This document shows, piece by piece, positions 11,959 to 27,757 of a DNA stretch of 64,000 nucleotides (the stretch's first letter is position 1; each line of letters begins with the position of its first letter). This DNA comes from the human T2T-CHM13v2.0 reference genome, Homo sapiens. Position numbers and translations under genes: made by a program. The notes under the pieces are model-generated. The model did not search any database, was not told the DNA's origin, and was given only the letters and a program-made list of their open reading frames with translations. The stretch is from the NCBI RefSeq assembly GCF_009914755.1, contig NC_060933.1; one strand, 5' to 3'.

Positions 11959-12902
11959 CATTCTTGCTGTATCCCATTATTATATATATAAATTCTGCTA
12001 TAGTGCAAGCGAGATGCTACAGAATGTAATAGGCTGGCTGTTAGACAGAATCATGGGTTATTTAATATTGGTACAATTATTTTCTGTTCACCAGATGATA
12101 TTTCCTGTGCAGTAAATAGCACAAAAGCTTTCTTGATAGTTTTATGAAATATTATTACAAAATATCTGCTCCTTCTCTGAGGATAAGTAGTGTGTTTCAA
12201 TGAATGTAAATTTTAAAAACTTGATAGGTTTCAATTTAATGTGCTATCAAATGTCACCAACGAATTTCCCATCTGAAATATGTAATGTAAACATGTATTC
12301 AGCCATGTTTCTCTAAGATTTGTTCTTCTCATTCTAATATGAGAAATTATTTAACTTGTGTTATCTCTGCCTTTTAGAAATATGTGCAAATTTTGTGGCA
12401 ATATATCTGATGATATAACATATTATACTAAGTAAGTTAGTGTTTAAGTAAATTAAGGGAGACAAATAAATTTGTATTTAGAGTAACAAATAAATTTGCA
12501 CTCAGGTAAATTTGTTTCTAAATAAGTTAAGGTCTGTTTTTCCAGATTTTTGACATATTATTTGAAGTATAATATTTGGAGGAACTTAGAAAGAATGGAT
12601 AATCAGTAAACATGCACCATTCCTTCTGTTTTTTCCTTAATACATATTTTGATGACTCTATCTCTTTTGGGATAACATACAGATTCTTTAGGATAACCCT
12701 CATTTGTTTTGTAATCTGTCTAAGCTATACTTTCACACTTACCCTCATGCCTTCTTAAAAGCATGCTGTCTCCAGTATCCTAATACATTTGTGGTTCTCT
12801 AAAAGAGTCAACAATTTCCCCGTCTGCCAGATCTACTACCACTCATCCTTTAATAATAAATTCTCCGATGCTCTGATAATTCTGTCAGTAACAAGTTGAT
12901 CT

Positions 12903-13130
12903 TGTGGTTTAGACCAAACAATGTATAGTCTACTTGGGACAAGACTCTGTCCCTTATCTGACCTTGGGCAGATTTCTTATTCCCTCTCTTCTTCCTTTTT
13001 TTTTTAACTTATAAAGTAAAAAAACAAATAGTACTCTATTATGAGACAATGATATAGGTTAATCAATAACTGCATGTAAAATACTTCACACTCTGGCATA
13101 AACAATAAATTTTACTTGTCATTATTTTTA
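12903..13130 (+). mobile_element. MIR
   Basis: tgaccttgggcagatttctta...gcatgtaaaatactt...ctggcata match MIR core and 3' motifs. Confidence 0.7.
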
Positions 13131-13207
13131 TCATTCTTATGATTTTATTATTTAGGCTCTGTCTCATTGGTAGTTAACCCTTACTTTCTGTGATCTCACA
13201 TTCTCTT

Positions 13208-13380
13208 TCATTTATTCATTCACTTTTTAAAAAATTCAACGATTTATTGAGGGCCTTGTATGTACCAGATACCATTTGATCCACAGGAGATTCATCACTG
13301 CATAAAATGACAATGTTCTACTCTTCTGAAACTTAAATTCTAGCAGTGGAGGTATTCAACAAATAACAAATTAATATATA
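13208..13380 (-). mobile_element. L2 3' end
   Basis: cattcattc...atttattgag..tatgtaccag is the antisense L2 tail. Confidence 0.7.
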
Positions 13381-13479
13381 TGTTTCTATTAATTTTTCAC
13401 CATTCTTGTAGTGTTTTGTCTTGTTTTGCTTTCACATTTCTATTAATATCACTGAAGGATAATTCTTTTCATATAGGGT

Positions 13480-13582
13480 AGGGACAATTTTATTCTTCTT
13501 TTCCTTCATTTATTTTCACAGTGCCTTGCCCATAGTAAGCATCCAATAAATAATTGTTGAATAACTGAATAAATGAATGAAT
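13480..13582 (+). mobile_element. L2 3' end
   Basis: cacagtgccttgcccatagtaagcatccaataaataattgttgaataactgaataaatgaatgaatg. Confidence 0.75.
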
Positions 13583-14414
13583 GGCAGCTTCAGGACCATA
13601 GACATTTCCCAACATTTTAAATATACCATTCCTGCCTTATCCCCAAGTGTATATTTGGTAACCTCTCAACCCTATATAAAATACATTTATTTTATAATAA
13701 GTTTATATGTACAACAGGATGATAGAAGAGCTATAGACATTACACACTAGGCTAAATTTTCAGTAGGTATTTCTGAATCTGCACATAAATATAGATTTTT
13801 AGGTACCTGTGCAGGAACACATAATTCCAGAAAAATGTAATCTGTGAAATAAAAAGGATTATTTCCTACAGAGTTTATGTTAATGGGTTTAACTAACTTA
13901 ACCATTAAGCTAACATTGAAATGTACAAAGACAAATCAGTATGGTAGTGATCAGTTTTCATGTGGATTATTTTTTATCGTATGCAAGTTTGATTTTCCGT
14001 CATTTTATGGTTTTGAAAATATAAATTCACCATTTAATTCTCTAATCCTTACTCTGTTAGAGGCGATCACAAAATAAATGTGTCTATATTAAAGGATTAT
14101 TTAGTGTTCCATACAACACAATGAAAACAACAAAGTTAGTAAAGATTCTATTGTATACAAACAAGAGGTTGTAAAACATGAAGTTATGATGCCACAATGA
14201 ATGGATGAACATGTACAGCTTGTTCTTAGCAGGATGAGCTTCTGTCTATCTCTCTTGTCAACATTTAATTTGCATTTTGCTTCAGCCATGTTATTTCGTT
14301 TCCATTTATTTCAAGCAGATCTACAGAAGTCAATTCTTCACCACTTGCAATGGGATTGTGAAATTTTTTAAACTGGTATTTGATAAACAGCTTTCGCTGA
14401 TTGAAAAGACTGGA

Positions 14415-15120
14415 TGTATTGAATGTCATCTCTGTCCCTCTGGATCCCCGCTTCCCACTCTGTCTCAGCATGTTGGCCTGCCTACATAAATGGGTTAACT
14501 TGCCTCCTGGATCCTCACTCCATTCAGCAAGTTGGAACAACAGAAAGGATTCTGAGAGAAGAAAGTGAAGCTTTGGGTGTGTTATTTTTTGGTTTTTGTT
14601 TGTTTGTTTGTTTTCTTCTCTGTCCCAAGCCTGGCTTCATGGGTTTGTTAGAATTGTGCAGTCTTTCAGGGCCTCCTCACACTCAGAAGGGCTCCTTGCT
14701 TGGTTTAATTCTCTGCTGGTACCATCTTAAAATTCTTTATAGTTTTTAACAAGGACCCCCTCATTTTCATTTTGCACCCACAAATTACTTGGTTAGTCCA
14801 GCTCCTGGCTCCCTCTGTGCAGGACGGCCTTAGGCTGACTGGGTCCCTTGCCAGAGAGGCTACTCCTGTTCAGAGTCCTCCTCCACTTGTACTTCTCTGT
14901 CTGTCGGTTGTGGTAATGATTCTTCTTCTCCTTCAGGCTAACGATGACAGCAGAGTCCCATTGTTATAAGTCTTTGGGAACTGCACCATTACTAGTGCTT
15001 TTGCTATTTCTGCTCACATCTTTTAAAACTGCAAAATTTCCTTTATTAAATGTAATATTTTCTTCAACTTATCCTAATTTGTGCATGACATCTACTTATA
15101 GCTAGTACTCTAATACTACA
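14415..15120 (+). mobile_element. LTR33-like (ERVL) solo LTR, interrupted by MER91A
   Basis: TGTA...TACA termini; resembles recalled LTR33 blocks (cctggctccctc.tgcagg, ccttcaggc, ctgcaccat, tttattaaa, tttgtgcatgacatc). Confidence 0.65.
14625..14800. mobile_element. MER91A-like hAT-Tip100 MITE
   Basis: ggcttcatggg...cacactcagaagggc...cttggtttaat.ctctgctg...ccatctt.aaattctt...cattttcattttgcac. Confidence 0.75.
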
Positions 15121-15974
15121 GATAGTAAGAACAGCTCAACTCTGGTATATATAATGGCATATAATTCCACAAAAGATAAGCAAAGAGTAAAAGAGAAGAC
15201 CATTACACCAAAGTTTTTCTTAGAATTTTAGCAGTATGTACACTAAGCTAGAAATCTTCTCAAGAGTTGACAAACATGTCCTAGGATAAAAATCCTCTTT
15301 TTCCCCTTTGCCATTGATCTCCTCCTAGAAGGAGTTCTGAAAGAGGCATGGAGAACTCTGTTTTTCATTATTACTAAATGTTAAATAGATCATTGAGTTA
15401 TTTTTCTTCTGATAAAGAAAATAATTCATAGCAGAGACAATTAACCCCATGCACTTCATCAAGAAGCTGCTTCTGCCCTTCGTGCACTGAAAACACTGAT
15501 AAATTATGTGTGATTAAAGCATAGGGAGTTGGACATATGCAAAAATTATGAAAGTCAAAAGAAGAGGACCCACAAGATAGAAAAAAATGCAACTTCAATG
15601 TAGTTTTAAAAAGCATCAAATCATAGACTTTCTAGTTCCTTCACTAACCTGAGCTGTAATTTGGACTTTTGTGCTCTGTACGCATAAAGCTAACAATGAG
15701 AAAGTCACAGGCCTAGAGACAGATAGTTCTAAGCTGATAAATTTCAATTCTTTCTCTTGAAAATCCATCTCAGAAAAGAATAATTTGTTAAGAAGACACT
15801 ATTTTTGCAACATATTAGGTTTCTATTAACCTACCAACTAACAACACGTTAGGTTTGTATTAGCCTACAAAAATTCCAACATATGGGCTTAACTATGTCA
15901 TTTACATGTGATAAAAATACTGTGTAATTTTTTTTACATTTTACATTAGATACTCTCTATTATATATTTTTAAA

Positions 15975-16160
15975 TAATAGGTTGAGCATGTACTATGTGC
16001 TAAGCATTGCTGTAGGTGTTTTTATACCCATTAACTAATTTATCTCCACAATTTTCTTATGAGATATATATTATTATTATTAACCTGATTTTGCATATGG
16101 AAAAATTGAAGAATGTGGTGTTTAGCTATAACTTTAAGGTCACACACTTTTAATGAGTGC
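15975..16160 (-). mobile_element. MIR
   Basis: ttgagcatgtactatgtgctaagcattg...attttgcatatggaaaaattgaag...aaggtcacac. Confidence 0.75.
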
Positions 16161-16829
16161 TTGATGTGTTTAAAACATATTAACATATTCTTTTATAAGA
16201 TTGTCTATACAAAACTAAGTCTCCATATTTCTTTTGCTACATAAGGGATTTTTCAAGGGTAATTTGATCATAGGCTTGTTTCCTCCATTTTTTGGTTGAC
16301 TTAGAATATTACCTCAAGTAAGCTGCAACTTATTTTTTATCCTAAAAATGCATGCTAGTAGGTAGGTCATTGGCTTGATCTTCTTCGCTTCTTGTCTTGG
16401 AAGTAATTTGAAAAGGAACAAAGCTTCCACAGAAAGTAGCAGAGAGCCTTGAGGAAATGCCTAAAATAATCTGAAGGTGTAATGAAAAAGAAAGATCAAA
16501 GCACATGTTGAGAAAAGGCAATCTGGAGAAAACATGCCATTCCCACAAATTTTATAGACTATTATCATTCAGTAATGATGGTATACAGAATCTTTAGTGC
16601 TTCGTGGGGGAATAGTTTGTGGAAAGAATATGTAGTGTTTGAGAAGAAAAATGTATACAAAATCAAAAGTCTATGAATTCCTAAATTGAGGCAAGACACC
16701 AGCAAGCTGTATCTGACTCTGTAGCAGAATAAATTAGAATAATTCTAAACATTCCCAGTGGAATTCTCTTATGTGAACCTTAGCAGTGGAGAATTATTTT
16801 TCCTTTTCATGCTCAGGATACTCCTTCCA

Positions 16830-17090
16830 GATCCCTTGAAATCTAATTTTCCTCTCACTATTTGATGAACACTATTCTTTGGTCACGATCAGTGATCATT
16901 TTGTTAGAAAAACCGTAAGTATTTTCTAAGTCATTAAATTATTCAACCTGATAAAGCAGTGACAATCACTCAATCACTACTTTAAATTAACTACATTTTA
17001 GCTTTCAGGACAATGTTTTTGATCAACTTTTTGTCTTTTAATTTTTTTCTTACCTCACTGCTTCAATATGTGTTTCACTCAAAGTACTAT
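16830..17090 (+). mobile_element. L2 ORF2 remnant
   Basis: ggtcacgatcagtgatc...tcaacctgataaagcagtgacaatc...tagctttcaggacaa resembles the L2 RT region. Confidence 0.45.
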
Positions 17091-18024
17091 CATTAGTCAT
17101 TCATTTATTCATTCAAACCACAGGTCTCTGTTAATTGGATGAGGATATAAAAGACTGGACATTGATTCAAGCAATAGCTCAAGGCAGAGAAAGAACATAA
17201 TATATTTTTAAGCCAAACTAAGCAGTTCAATTTGTCTGGAATAGTTCTCACTAAGTGTGTTCTGGCAGGGTGTCATATCTCCAGATTTTATTTCACTAAA
17301 GGGTAAGATAAAGCTTTCTGGAAGCAAGAGTTGTAAATCTGTATGCTATCGAGCACTGACAAAAAAAAAGTGGCATATCTAAGTAGGACAAGCTCTACCT
17401 CTAGAAGTTTAAGTAGCACAGTGGGTCAGCTTGTTGCTAAAAGTGAAAAAAATAACTTGTGTCATGACAGTGAAAGTTTTTATAGAGTGTTTGAGACATC
17501 TTTATACTACATTGAAGATTGAACTATAATTATTGCTGATGTTAGTGTTGTTTTAAATATGTTTCATTTATTTGAATGTCCTACCAAGAGCCCTTGATTT
17601 TGGGAGTGTGCCACATATCCAGAGAAGTAAAGAATCTATGATCTAGAGCATATTTGATTGTGACTGAAAATGACTGGAATTTATTCCTCAAAGATCAACT
17701 ACAGCCAAGATCTAAAGAGCGTTTATGGCTATACTAAGGATATAATTCTCATCAGCATTAAGTAAGCATAGATGATTTTTAAGCAAGAGAGATAACTGAA
17801 TCGATTTGTATTGTGGAAAAAATAATTGTAATAAGTACATGGAAAGTAAAATTCTTATTCAGAAGTGTTGGAATTTTAGATCTGCAACAATTTTCATGCA
17901 AAATAATACTAAACAAATTTCAAACTTTTGATCTAGCTTGAGCAATAAATAAATAAATAAAAGCAGTAACATCTGAATATTTATTTGAAATTTCTCTTTG
18001 GATCCACTCCCTCTCTTTATGTAA

Positions 18025-18056
<32 letters not shown>

Positions 18057-18110
18057 ATAGGTAGATAGAGATTCCAAATATGTATGTATGTATCTATCTA
18101 TCTATCTAGA
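18025..18110. repeat. (TAGA)n ... (TATG)n(TATC)n compound microsatellite
   Basis: Direct reading. Confidence 0.95.
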
Positions 18111-18766
18111 TATGCCAAAAGATAATTTGGAAAATATTTTCCCAAAATGTGTGTTATCAGGATCAATATCTCAGATCTGATAAATTCTTCACATTGTATT
18201 TCAGCTTCATTTTTTTCCTGAACATGTAATTTTTACTTTATATATATCATTTTTGAAACAGCTTTCCTCAATGTACATGTCTCAAAGTGACAGCTTTTTC
18301 CTTCAAGCAGTTCAACTTCAACCTTGATATTATTTCATTGACAAAGTACTTCCTAAACTTCTGCTTTTCCATTGATTCCTGGTGGAAAAATAGAGTCACT
18401 ATCATTTTCTATCTGTGTTCAGTAAATGGATTTTTACTATATTTGTTACAGGATGGTTGACTCTCTAGTTATGAGAAAAGATACAGCAATCCTCACTTCA
18501 TTTTGTATACTCACGATTGTTTTGGAAAGTAGATTTTCTGCAGTCTCTGAAAATTTCACAATATAAGTATTTTTTACCTTGTGTTGCATATAAAAATTAT
18601 TCACTATTGTTATAATTTCCTAACATCTACCACATTTCTATAAGATGCTACCTTTTCCATAAATATAACAATAGATAATTAGATATCTGTACTCTGTAAT
18701 TAACATCTAATCATATACAGGCTATACTAGGTCCTAAAGAAATGTTTATGCCTATGATGTGTTAGC

Positions 18767-18945
18767 ACTACCAGATGGGGAAGGAGAGAGGGAAGGGGTT
18801 GGAAAACTTAACTATTAGATGCCATGCTCACTACCTGGGTGATGGGATCAATTGTACCCCAAACCTCAGCATCACACAATATACTATGTAATAAACCTGC
18901 AAATGTACCCCTGAATTGAAAATATGTCAAAATTATTTTTTTAAA
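18767..18945 (+). mobile_element. L1PA15/16-like 3' end
   Basis: atgctcactacctgggtgatgggatcaattgtaccccaaacctcagcatcacacaatatac. Confidence 0.85.
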
Positions 18946-19162
18946 GTGTGAAATTATGGTAATACAATGCAATACCAATTAGGTAAGGAAATCATTTTTT
19001 TCTAATGGCACTACCCATATAATTTAGAGTCCAGAAAATGATTTTTTCAAAATATCAATCATTATATGTCACTTATTTTTCTTAAATATTACCACTCTAA
19101 AATGTGATGACAAGAAATGAGAAAACTCTAGTAAGGACATTTGTGTTATGTATCCTTTTTAG

Positions 19163-21490
19163 GCAACTGATTTTTGACAAAGGAACATAGAAAAATCAAT
19201 GAATAAAGGAAAGTTTTTTTCACCAATGGCACTGAAAATATTTGAATATTGATATGCAAAAAGATGAACGTAAACACAGACCTTACACCTTACACAAGAC
19301 TTGACTCAAAGTGGATCATAGACGTAAATGTAAAATACAAAACTATAACACTTCTAAAAGAAAACAGAAGAAAACCTTAGTGACCTTAGGTTTGGCAATG
19401 AGTTTTTAGATAAAACACCAAAACACAATCTATGAAATGATAATTCGAACTTTATTAAAATTGAAAATCTCTTTTCTATCAAAGACACTATTAAGAAATG
19501 AAAACACAAGCCAAAGACTAAGAGAACATACTTTAAAAATGCATACCTGATAAATGGCTCATATCCAAAATATAGAAACAATCCTTAAGAATTAGCAATA
19601 AGAAAACAAACCACCTAATAAAAAATAAGTAAAAGATATTATCAACAATACGATACAATTCACATCTATTAGAATTAAAATAAAATGCCACTTCCCCTTG
19701 CTGGCAAGCGTGCAGAAAAACAAGAATATTCATTCATTGCTGGTGGGAATGCAAAATGTCACAGTCAGTTTTGATGACAGTTTGACAGTTTATTGCAACA
19801 CTAATAGTATAATATCTAACAAGAGCAATCTTAGATATTTTCCTAACATTTTTTAAAACATAAGTCCAAACAAAAACTAGTGCATAAATATGTATAACAG
19901 GCTTAGTTATAATCATGAAATATTGAAAGCAACCAAGGTATCCTTCAATAGGTAACGGATAAGCAAAACTATGGTACATTGACACCATGACTTATTTATT
20001 CTATAATCTAAAAAAATAAAATATCAACTCACAAAAATATGTGGAGAGAACTTAAGTGCATAATGATTAAAAAATAAGCCAGTGGAAATGATTGCATGTG
20101 CTATGATGTGGAAAAGTCAAACTATAGAAATGGTAAATAGATCAGTGATTGTCAGGAGTTCAATGTGTGTGTACGTGTGGGGGTGTGTGGGTGGTTACAG
20201 TGACTAGGTGCAGCACAGGGAATTAACTAGGGTGGTGCAACAATCGGTATGATATTGTAACGAAAGGTTCATGGTATCATTCATTTGTCAAGCCAATAGA
20301 ACTTTAAATCACGAAACATAAACTTTATGTAAATTAAAAATAAATTCACTTAGGAGGTCAGGAGATCCTAGCATAGAATGCACAACGTGACATAACTGAC
20401 TTTGTTACAATTATATGTATCAACCTCATTGACAAGAATCATGGGAGAAAGGTGTACTGGGTGCTAATTGATAAAGTTGTTTCCCATGTGAGTAGAGTTA
20501 ATAGTGCTGATAATACTATACATGTATACTGGAATTAAACAACTAAGTGCATGTATATCAGATGGTAGGAGGCATGTTTCTCACTTCTAGAATAGGAGTT
20601 TTCAGATAAACAAGGGGAGACAACTGAAATAATCTACGTAGTAATGGGTTACAGTTGGAGGCATCATTGTGAACTCATGTTTTGTATAATAAAGATTGAT
20701 TATATATAATATATACACACACATATATAATTAGTGTGTGTGTTTGTGTGTGAATATGCAGATTAGTATACACACATATATGTCTTTTTTCTGTCAGCTG
20801 AGAGGCCCTAGAAGCAATCACACTCCAGTGGAATGAGTCTACCTAATGCCTAAATTTTGGTTTCTAATAACTTTCTCTAATAAGAAGAAACCAAAGCTAC
20901 TTGGAGAACTGGCTGATTTTAGGACTGGAACAGGAAATATAGAAGATGATCCTGGAGTGTCTTGTGCTAAACAATAAAGAAGTGCTCAGAAAAGTTCAGC
21001 CAATAAATGAATACATCAATATACCCACAATGATTGTGGTATATCAAAGAGCTACAAAAGGCAATGGAAGAGCTCCCATGGCCAAAACTGGAAAAAATCT
21101 TAGCAACAAAGGAAGTAAAATGTATTGGGTATAAAATACATATGCATGAGTCCATACTGATATGAATTATTGAATAAAAAATACATGCAAGAGAGTGTAC
21201 TAATCTTCCATGCAGAAGAAATCCATAACTTAAATATAACTTCATAAAGTAAAAATTTTTGCCTTTAAGGAGGTGAAGCATAACTCCTTACTCCTTAAAT
21301 ATGAGCTATGCATCGTGACTTTCTTCCAACAAGCATAGTACAAAAAAAGAGGAAATGGAGGGAAAGGGTAATGTTACAATGAGGAATTCTGTCTCTCAGG
21401 TGACAAAGGTTGACATAAACACTAATACATATTGATAATATGCATCCTTGAAGCATATGATGAAAGATAAGAAGAAAATGGCACTTTTCT
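19163..21490 (+). mobile_element. L1MC3-like (L1MC/L1MD) ORF2 end plus long 3' UTR
   Basis: caactgatttttgacaaagg...; 3' UTR blocks gtcagctgagaggccctagaagcaa and gaaaccaaagctacttggagaactggctgatt. Confidence 0.8.
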
Positions 21491-21494
21491 TATA

Positions 21495-21895
21495 CTGTTG
21501 GATATTTGTTTACATTGTTGAGTCAATTTCATTGTATGTATATGTCATAATTTGTTTAGCCATTTCCACGTTGATGTGGGCCATTGCCTGTTTTGGCTTT
21601 TATATATAATGCTCCTGTAAACATTTATCTACAACTTTTAGGCTCCATTTGCTTTCATTTCTTTTGGGTAAATATCTAGAAGTGGAATGAATGGACCCAA
21701 TGGGAGATATGTGGTCAACATTTTAAGAAACTTTCAAACTGTTTTCAAAAGTAGTTTTATCATTTTAGATTGTTAGGGGCAGTGAATGAGAGTTCTAGTT
21801 GTCCCACATTCTTGTCAATCATCCTTTGTTGGTCTTTTAAATTTTATTCTTTCTTGTAGTTGGGTAGTAGTGTGTGATTGTGATTTTGATATGGC
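21495..21895 (-). mobile_element. L1ME/L1MB-like ORF2 3' fragment
   Basis: tttcatttcttttgggtaaatatctagaagtggaat...caaactgttttcaaaagtagttttatc. Confidence 0.8.
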
Positions 21896-21899
21896 CTTG

Positions 21900-23685
<1,786 letters not shown>

Positions 23686-23698
23686 AATCTATTCTTTT

Positions 23699-24460
23699 AT
23701 TATTATTATTATACTTTAATTTCTAGGGTACATGTGCACAACGTGCAGGTTTGTTACATATGTATACATGTGCCATGTTGGTGTGCTGCACCCATTAACT
23801 CGTCATTTACATTAGGTATATCTCCTAATGCTATCCCTCCCCACTCAACCCACCCCACAACAGGCCCCAGTGTGTGATGTACCCCTTGCTGTGTCCAAGT
23901 GTTCTCACTATTTAGTTCCCACCTATGAGTGAGAACATGTGGTGTTTGGTTTTTTGTCCTTGTGATAGTTTGCTGAGAATGATGGTTTCCAGCTTCATCC
24001 ATGTCCCTACAAAGGTCATGAACTCACTCATCATTTTTATGGCTGCATAGTATTCCATGGTGTATATGTGCTACATTTTCTTAATCCAGTCTATCATTGA
24101 TGGGCATTTGGCTTGGTTCCAAGTCTTTGCTATCGTGAATAGTGCCAGAATAAATGTACGTGTGCATGTGTCTTTATAGCAGCATGATTTATAATCCTTT
24201 GGGTATATAGCCAGTAATGGGATGGTTGGGTCAAACGGTATTTCTAGTTGTAGATCCTTGGGTAATCGCCACACTGTCTTCCACAATGGTTGAACTAGTT
24301 TACAGTCCCACCAACAGTGTAAAAGTGTTCCTATTTCTCCACATCCTCTCCAGGACCTGTTGTTTCCTGACTTTTTAATGCTCATCATCACTGGCCATCA
24401 GAGAAATGCAAATCAAAACCACAATGAGATACCATCTCACGCCAGTTAGAATGGTGATCA
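23699..24460 (-). mobile_element. L1PA4/5-like truncated insertion with 84-bp 5' inversion (24377-24460 on + strand)
   Basis: Antisense L1 3' UTR and ORF2 end, then a sense segment; 19-bp TSD CCAAAGAATCTAT(T/C)CTTTT at 23680-23698 and 24461-24479. Confidence 0.95.
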
Positions 24461-27019
24461 CCAAAGAATCTATCCTTTTTTGTTCCAACTTGTCTAATTG
24501 TGGAAGTCCACATTTTTTTAATACGATAAACTTACTTTTTTGTGTCAAGCTACTAACATTTTGAAATATCTTTATTATATCATCCAGTATTAAATTATAC
24601 GTAATATATTATCTATATGTCAGGAAGTTCTTCAAATATGTCCTGACCTTTATGACCTATCAGTAAATCTCAGTAAGATCCAATTGAGGAGCCATGCCTT
24701 AGATAGTAAGATTTTGCAACCTTTGTTTAGAACGTTTGCTTAAAATGTTTGTTCTTTCTTTTATTCCCCCTTTAATGAAAGTCAACTCACATCTATTTAA
24801 GGAAAAAGTTGTAACTCTCTGATATTTCATAACCAAACAGGTTTCATTTTCAATTTTAAGAACTCTGCTCCCTTAATTATAAATGTTATTGGCTCAAGAA
24901 GATTTTGCAACATTAGAAGTCAAAACAGCAAATGAGAGTCCAAAATAACTGTTTGAGTGACAGAACAATAAGACATTTTTAAAGGCATGGGGATTATAAG
25001 ATATGTTATTATAACATGATATAATATGTAATAATATGGTATTAATATATTAGTTAATATAATTAATAGATACGGGAAAAAGTCAAGGAGAAAATATATT
25101 TAAATATCACCATTCTTGAATGGGAAAATTTGAAAACAACTTTATATATTTTTTTGCCAGGGTATACTTGCTAAATTTTGAATATAGATTATTTTTCTTC
25201 ATAATAAAATGTGTTACTTTCAAACAATTAAATGTTCAAGTACAAGGACTGGAGTCTGGATTTCTATTGAGAACATGTGTTCATTGGAATTTGTGGGAAA
25301 ATAATGGAGTCAATATAACTATTGCGTGCATATTTTCCTCAAACCCACTTTTGAAAACCCATGCCATTGGCCGTTTAAGAGTTCAAGGGGCATGAAAAGC
25401 TGTTTCAAGTGCAGGAGTGTTGATTCTGAAAAGCAAAGAGAACTAAAAAGAAGATCAAAGACACAGGGCCAGCCAGAACAACAGATGGTTATAAAGAAAC
25501 AGATGCAGAGGACTGTCTTCCTCATTGGAATCCCACCCAAGATTTTAGATCAAGATAACTGGGTTATATTCCAAGATTCATGCTAAAAATAGGATCCACA
25601 TGAGAATTTCCATTGCTGGTGTATTATTAGAGAAACTAGCTTTGGCAGCAATAGAGAAAGAAGAGACTCCATGTTTCCTCAGGGCCTGTATATCAGGATT
25701 ACTTTTCTCTATAGTCTGTTGAGCAGCCAACATGACTCCATTGAATTCTGGACTTCGTCCCTGAAAGAGTGCCAAGTATGTTAAATAAGCTTCACACTGG
25801 GAACATCTAAGATCGAGTGATCATAACATCATTAGATTTAAAATGCTCATGAGACCAAGTTCTAAGGGAAGCAACAGAAAATTTTCAGACTTCAAAAAAA
25901 ATGCCAACTGTGAGAGAGAACAAAGTGATTTAGAGAATGCTTATCAGAAACGTGGTATATGCAGAATCCATCAAAAGAGAAAATGACACAGGAAGAACAT
26001 ATCAAGCAACTAAGAGGAAAAGGATAAAGAATATTACTTAGGGCATTTTATTAAAGTCTATCTGTATTGAAAAAAAAAAAAAAAGAAAGAAAAAGGTCCA
26101 GTGATGCTTTAGAGGCCAAATAACAAATAGAGTTTTTGAAATCTACAAAAAACAAGTCAGGTAAGCAGAATCTTATTGAAGTCGAACAGATTAGCTTATA
26201 TCCACCAGTCAAAAACTTGAAAGTCTGGATTAAACTCTCCCTCTATTACTTCTTTTCTGGTTCAGTTTTAGGAAAATCTGTTTCTGTGGATAAAGCCTGA
26301 TGAGGGTTGACCCACGTGGTACTTCACATGATGTACGTTAAGAATTAGTGGATTAACCTCATCTCCTACAACTCCAACAAGGACAAATCTCATGAGACTC
26401 AGTTTTAAGCCTCCTTTTACAAATGCTAACATAACTTATAGAATTAACTTATTAATTCTATTTCTGCTTATTGTAATTAAAATGAATAGATTTATATTCA
26501 GTTTTTTCTTCTTGCTAAAAATTTCAGTTTTCCAATGGTAAACAAGGGTTTTTTGATGAAGTTGAGGTATTAATCAATTGTTTTTTCAAGATACAAAGAT
26601 GACCAGAGAGATTAAGTCTTTGCAGAGGAGAGGCAATGGATACTGTCAGCAAAACAAAATGAAAACCACAAATTAAAAAACCAAAGCATGATAATGTAGG
26701 GATATTAGGTTCCTCAGTGATTAAAGGTGGACATATGAGGCGGGTGGTGATGGGGAGGGGCTTGTTGGCGTATTGGAGTAAAAGCAAGTGTATAAAAAGG
26801 GAATTCTTATTAATTTTACTTTCATCTAGAAAAGCCAGTTGTTTTCGTGTTGATACATGTAACAGAAATGTGGAAATAGTATGTACATTTAGAGCCTTAC
26901 TACCCCAAATGTAGTCTGAGGCATAAAAAAAAGAATTATACCTCAATAAAACTGGGTGAACAAAACACTTAGGGTGGGAGATGAGAGACAGAGAGAGAAG
27001 GTCAAACATTTTTTTTAAA

Positions 27020-27150
27020 TGCCTAAAAACTAGCAGCATCAACATCACATGAGAGCTTGATACAAACAAAGAAATTCATGCTGCACTCTAGACCTTCTAA
27101 ATCATAAGATCAATATGATCACTTAGTAATTTTTAGGGACATTTCAAGCA
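27020..27150. mobile_element. MER5A-like hAT-Charlie MITE
   Basis: agcagcatcaacatcacatgagagcttg...agaccttctaaatca. Confidence 0.6.
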
Positions 27151-27151
27151 C

Positions 27152-27360
27152 AGACTTGATTTCAGAAAGACCTGGGTTTGAATTCCTGTTCTTCTACTTA
27201 TTGTGTGACCTTGGTTCAGGTATATAAGCTCTCTGATATTAAGTTTTGTCGTGAGGAATGGGGATAACAGTAGCACCAAGCTCATGAATTTGTTGGTTTA
27301 AATTAATTAGTGCTTGAAAACCACTTAACCAAAGTCTGGCACATCAAGCAAACTCAAAAC
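27152..27360 (+). mobile_element. MIR
   Basis: agacctgggtttgaattcctgttct...tgtgtgaccttgg...aatggggataacagtagcacc...tctggcacat. Confidence 0.85.
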
Positions 27361-27757
27361 AAGCTGGACAGTGTCAGCATTCACCCAGAGCAGATTATCA
27401 AAACAAAGTTAGAAAATATGTAAGAGATTAAACTTATTTTTTTTCAATTCTATGTTCCATTTACTGATTTTTATGTCTCGTGTTGACATGGATTTTTGAA
27501 GTGAATACTGGTGACTAGTTCATGCTATGTGCAGGCTATGACTATAAAGCAAGAGTCATTTAAAACAAGGTAATATTTTGGCATTTTTTCATCCAAGTCA
27601 TGTCAGCTGTACAATATATCCTAATAATTAGGCAGATATTAGTCATCAAAATAACAAAAATACCAACAACAAAGAGCTAATGATGTGAGCAGCTGTTACA
27701 GCATTGCTTAAATGATTATCAAGTCTTGCTTTTTAAAAATATATTTTACATTTTTGT

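Noticed and set aside
25319-25775. Overlapping short ORFs and a possible minus-strand exon
   Set aside because: No recognisable protein similarity and only a weak donor.
26524-27069. 181-aa minus-strand ORF
   Set aside because: Non-ATG start inside a MER5-like repeat, L/F/S-rich composition typical of chance ORFs, and no domain.
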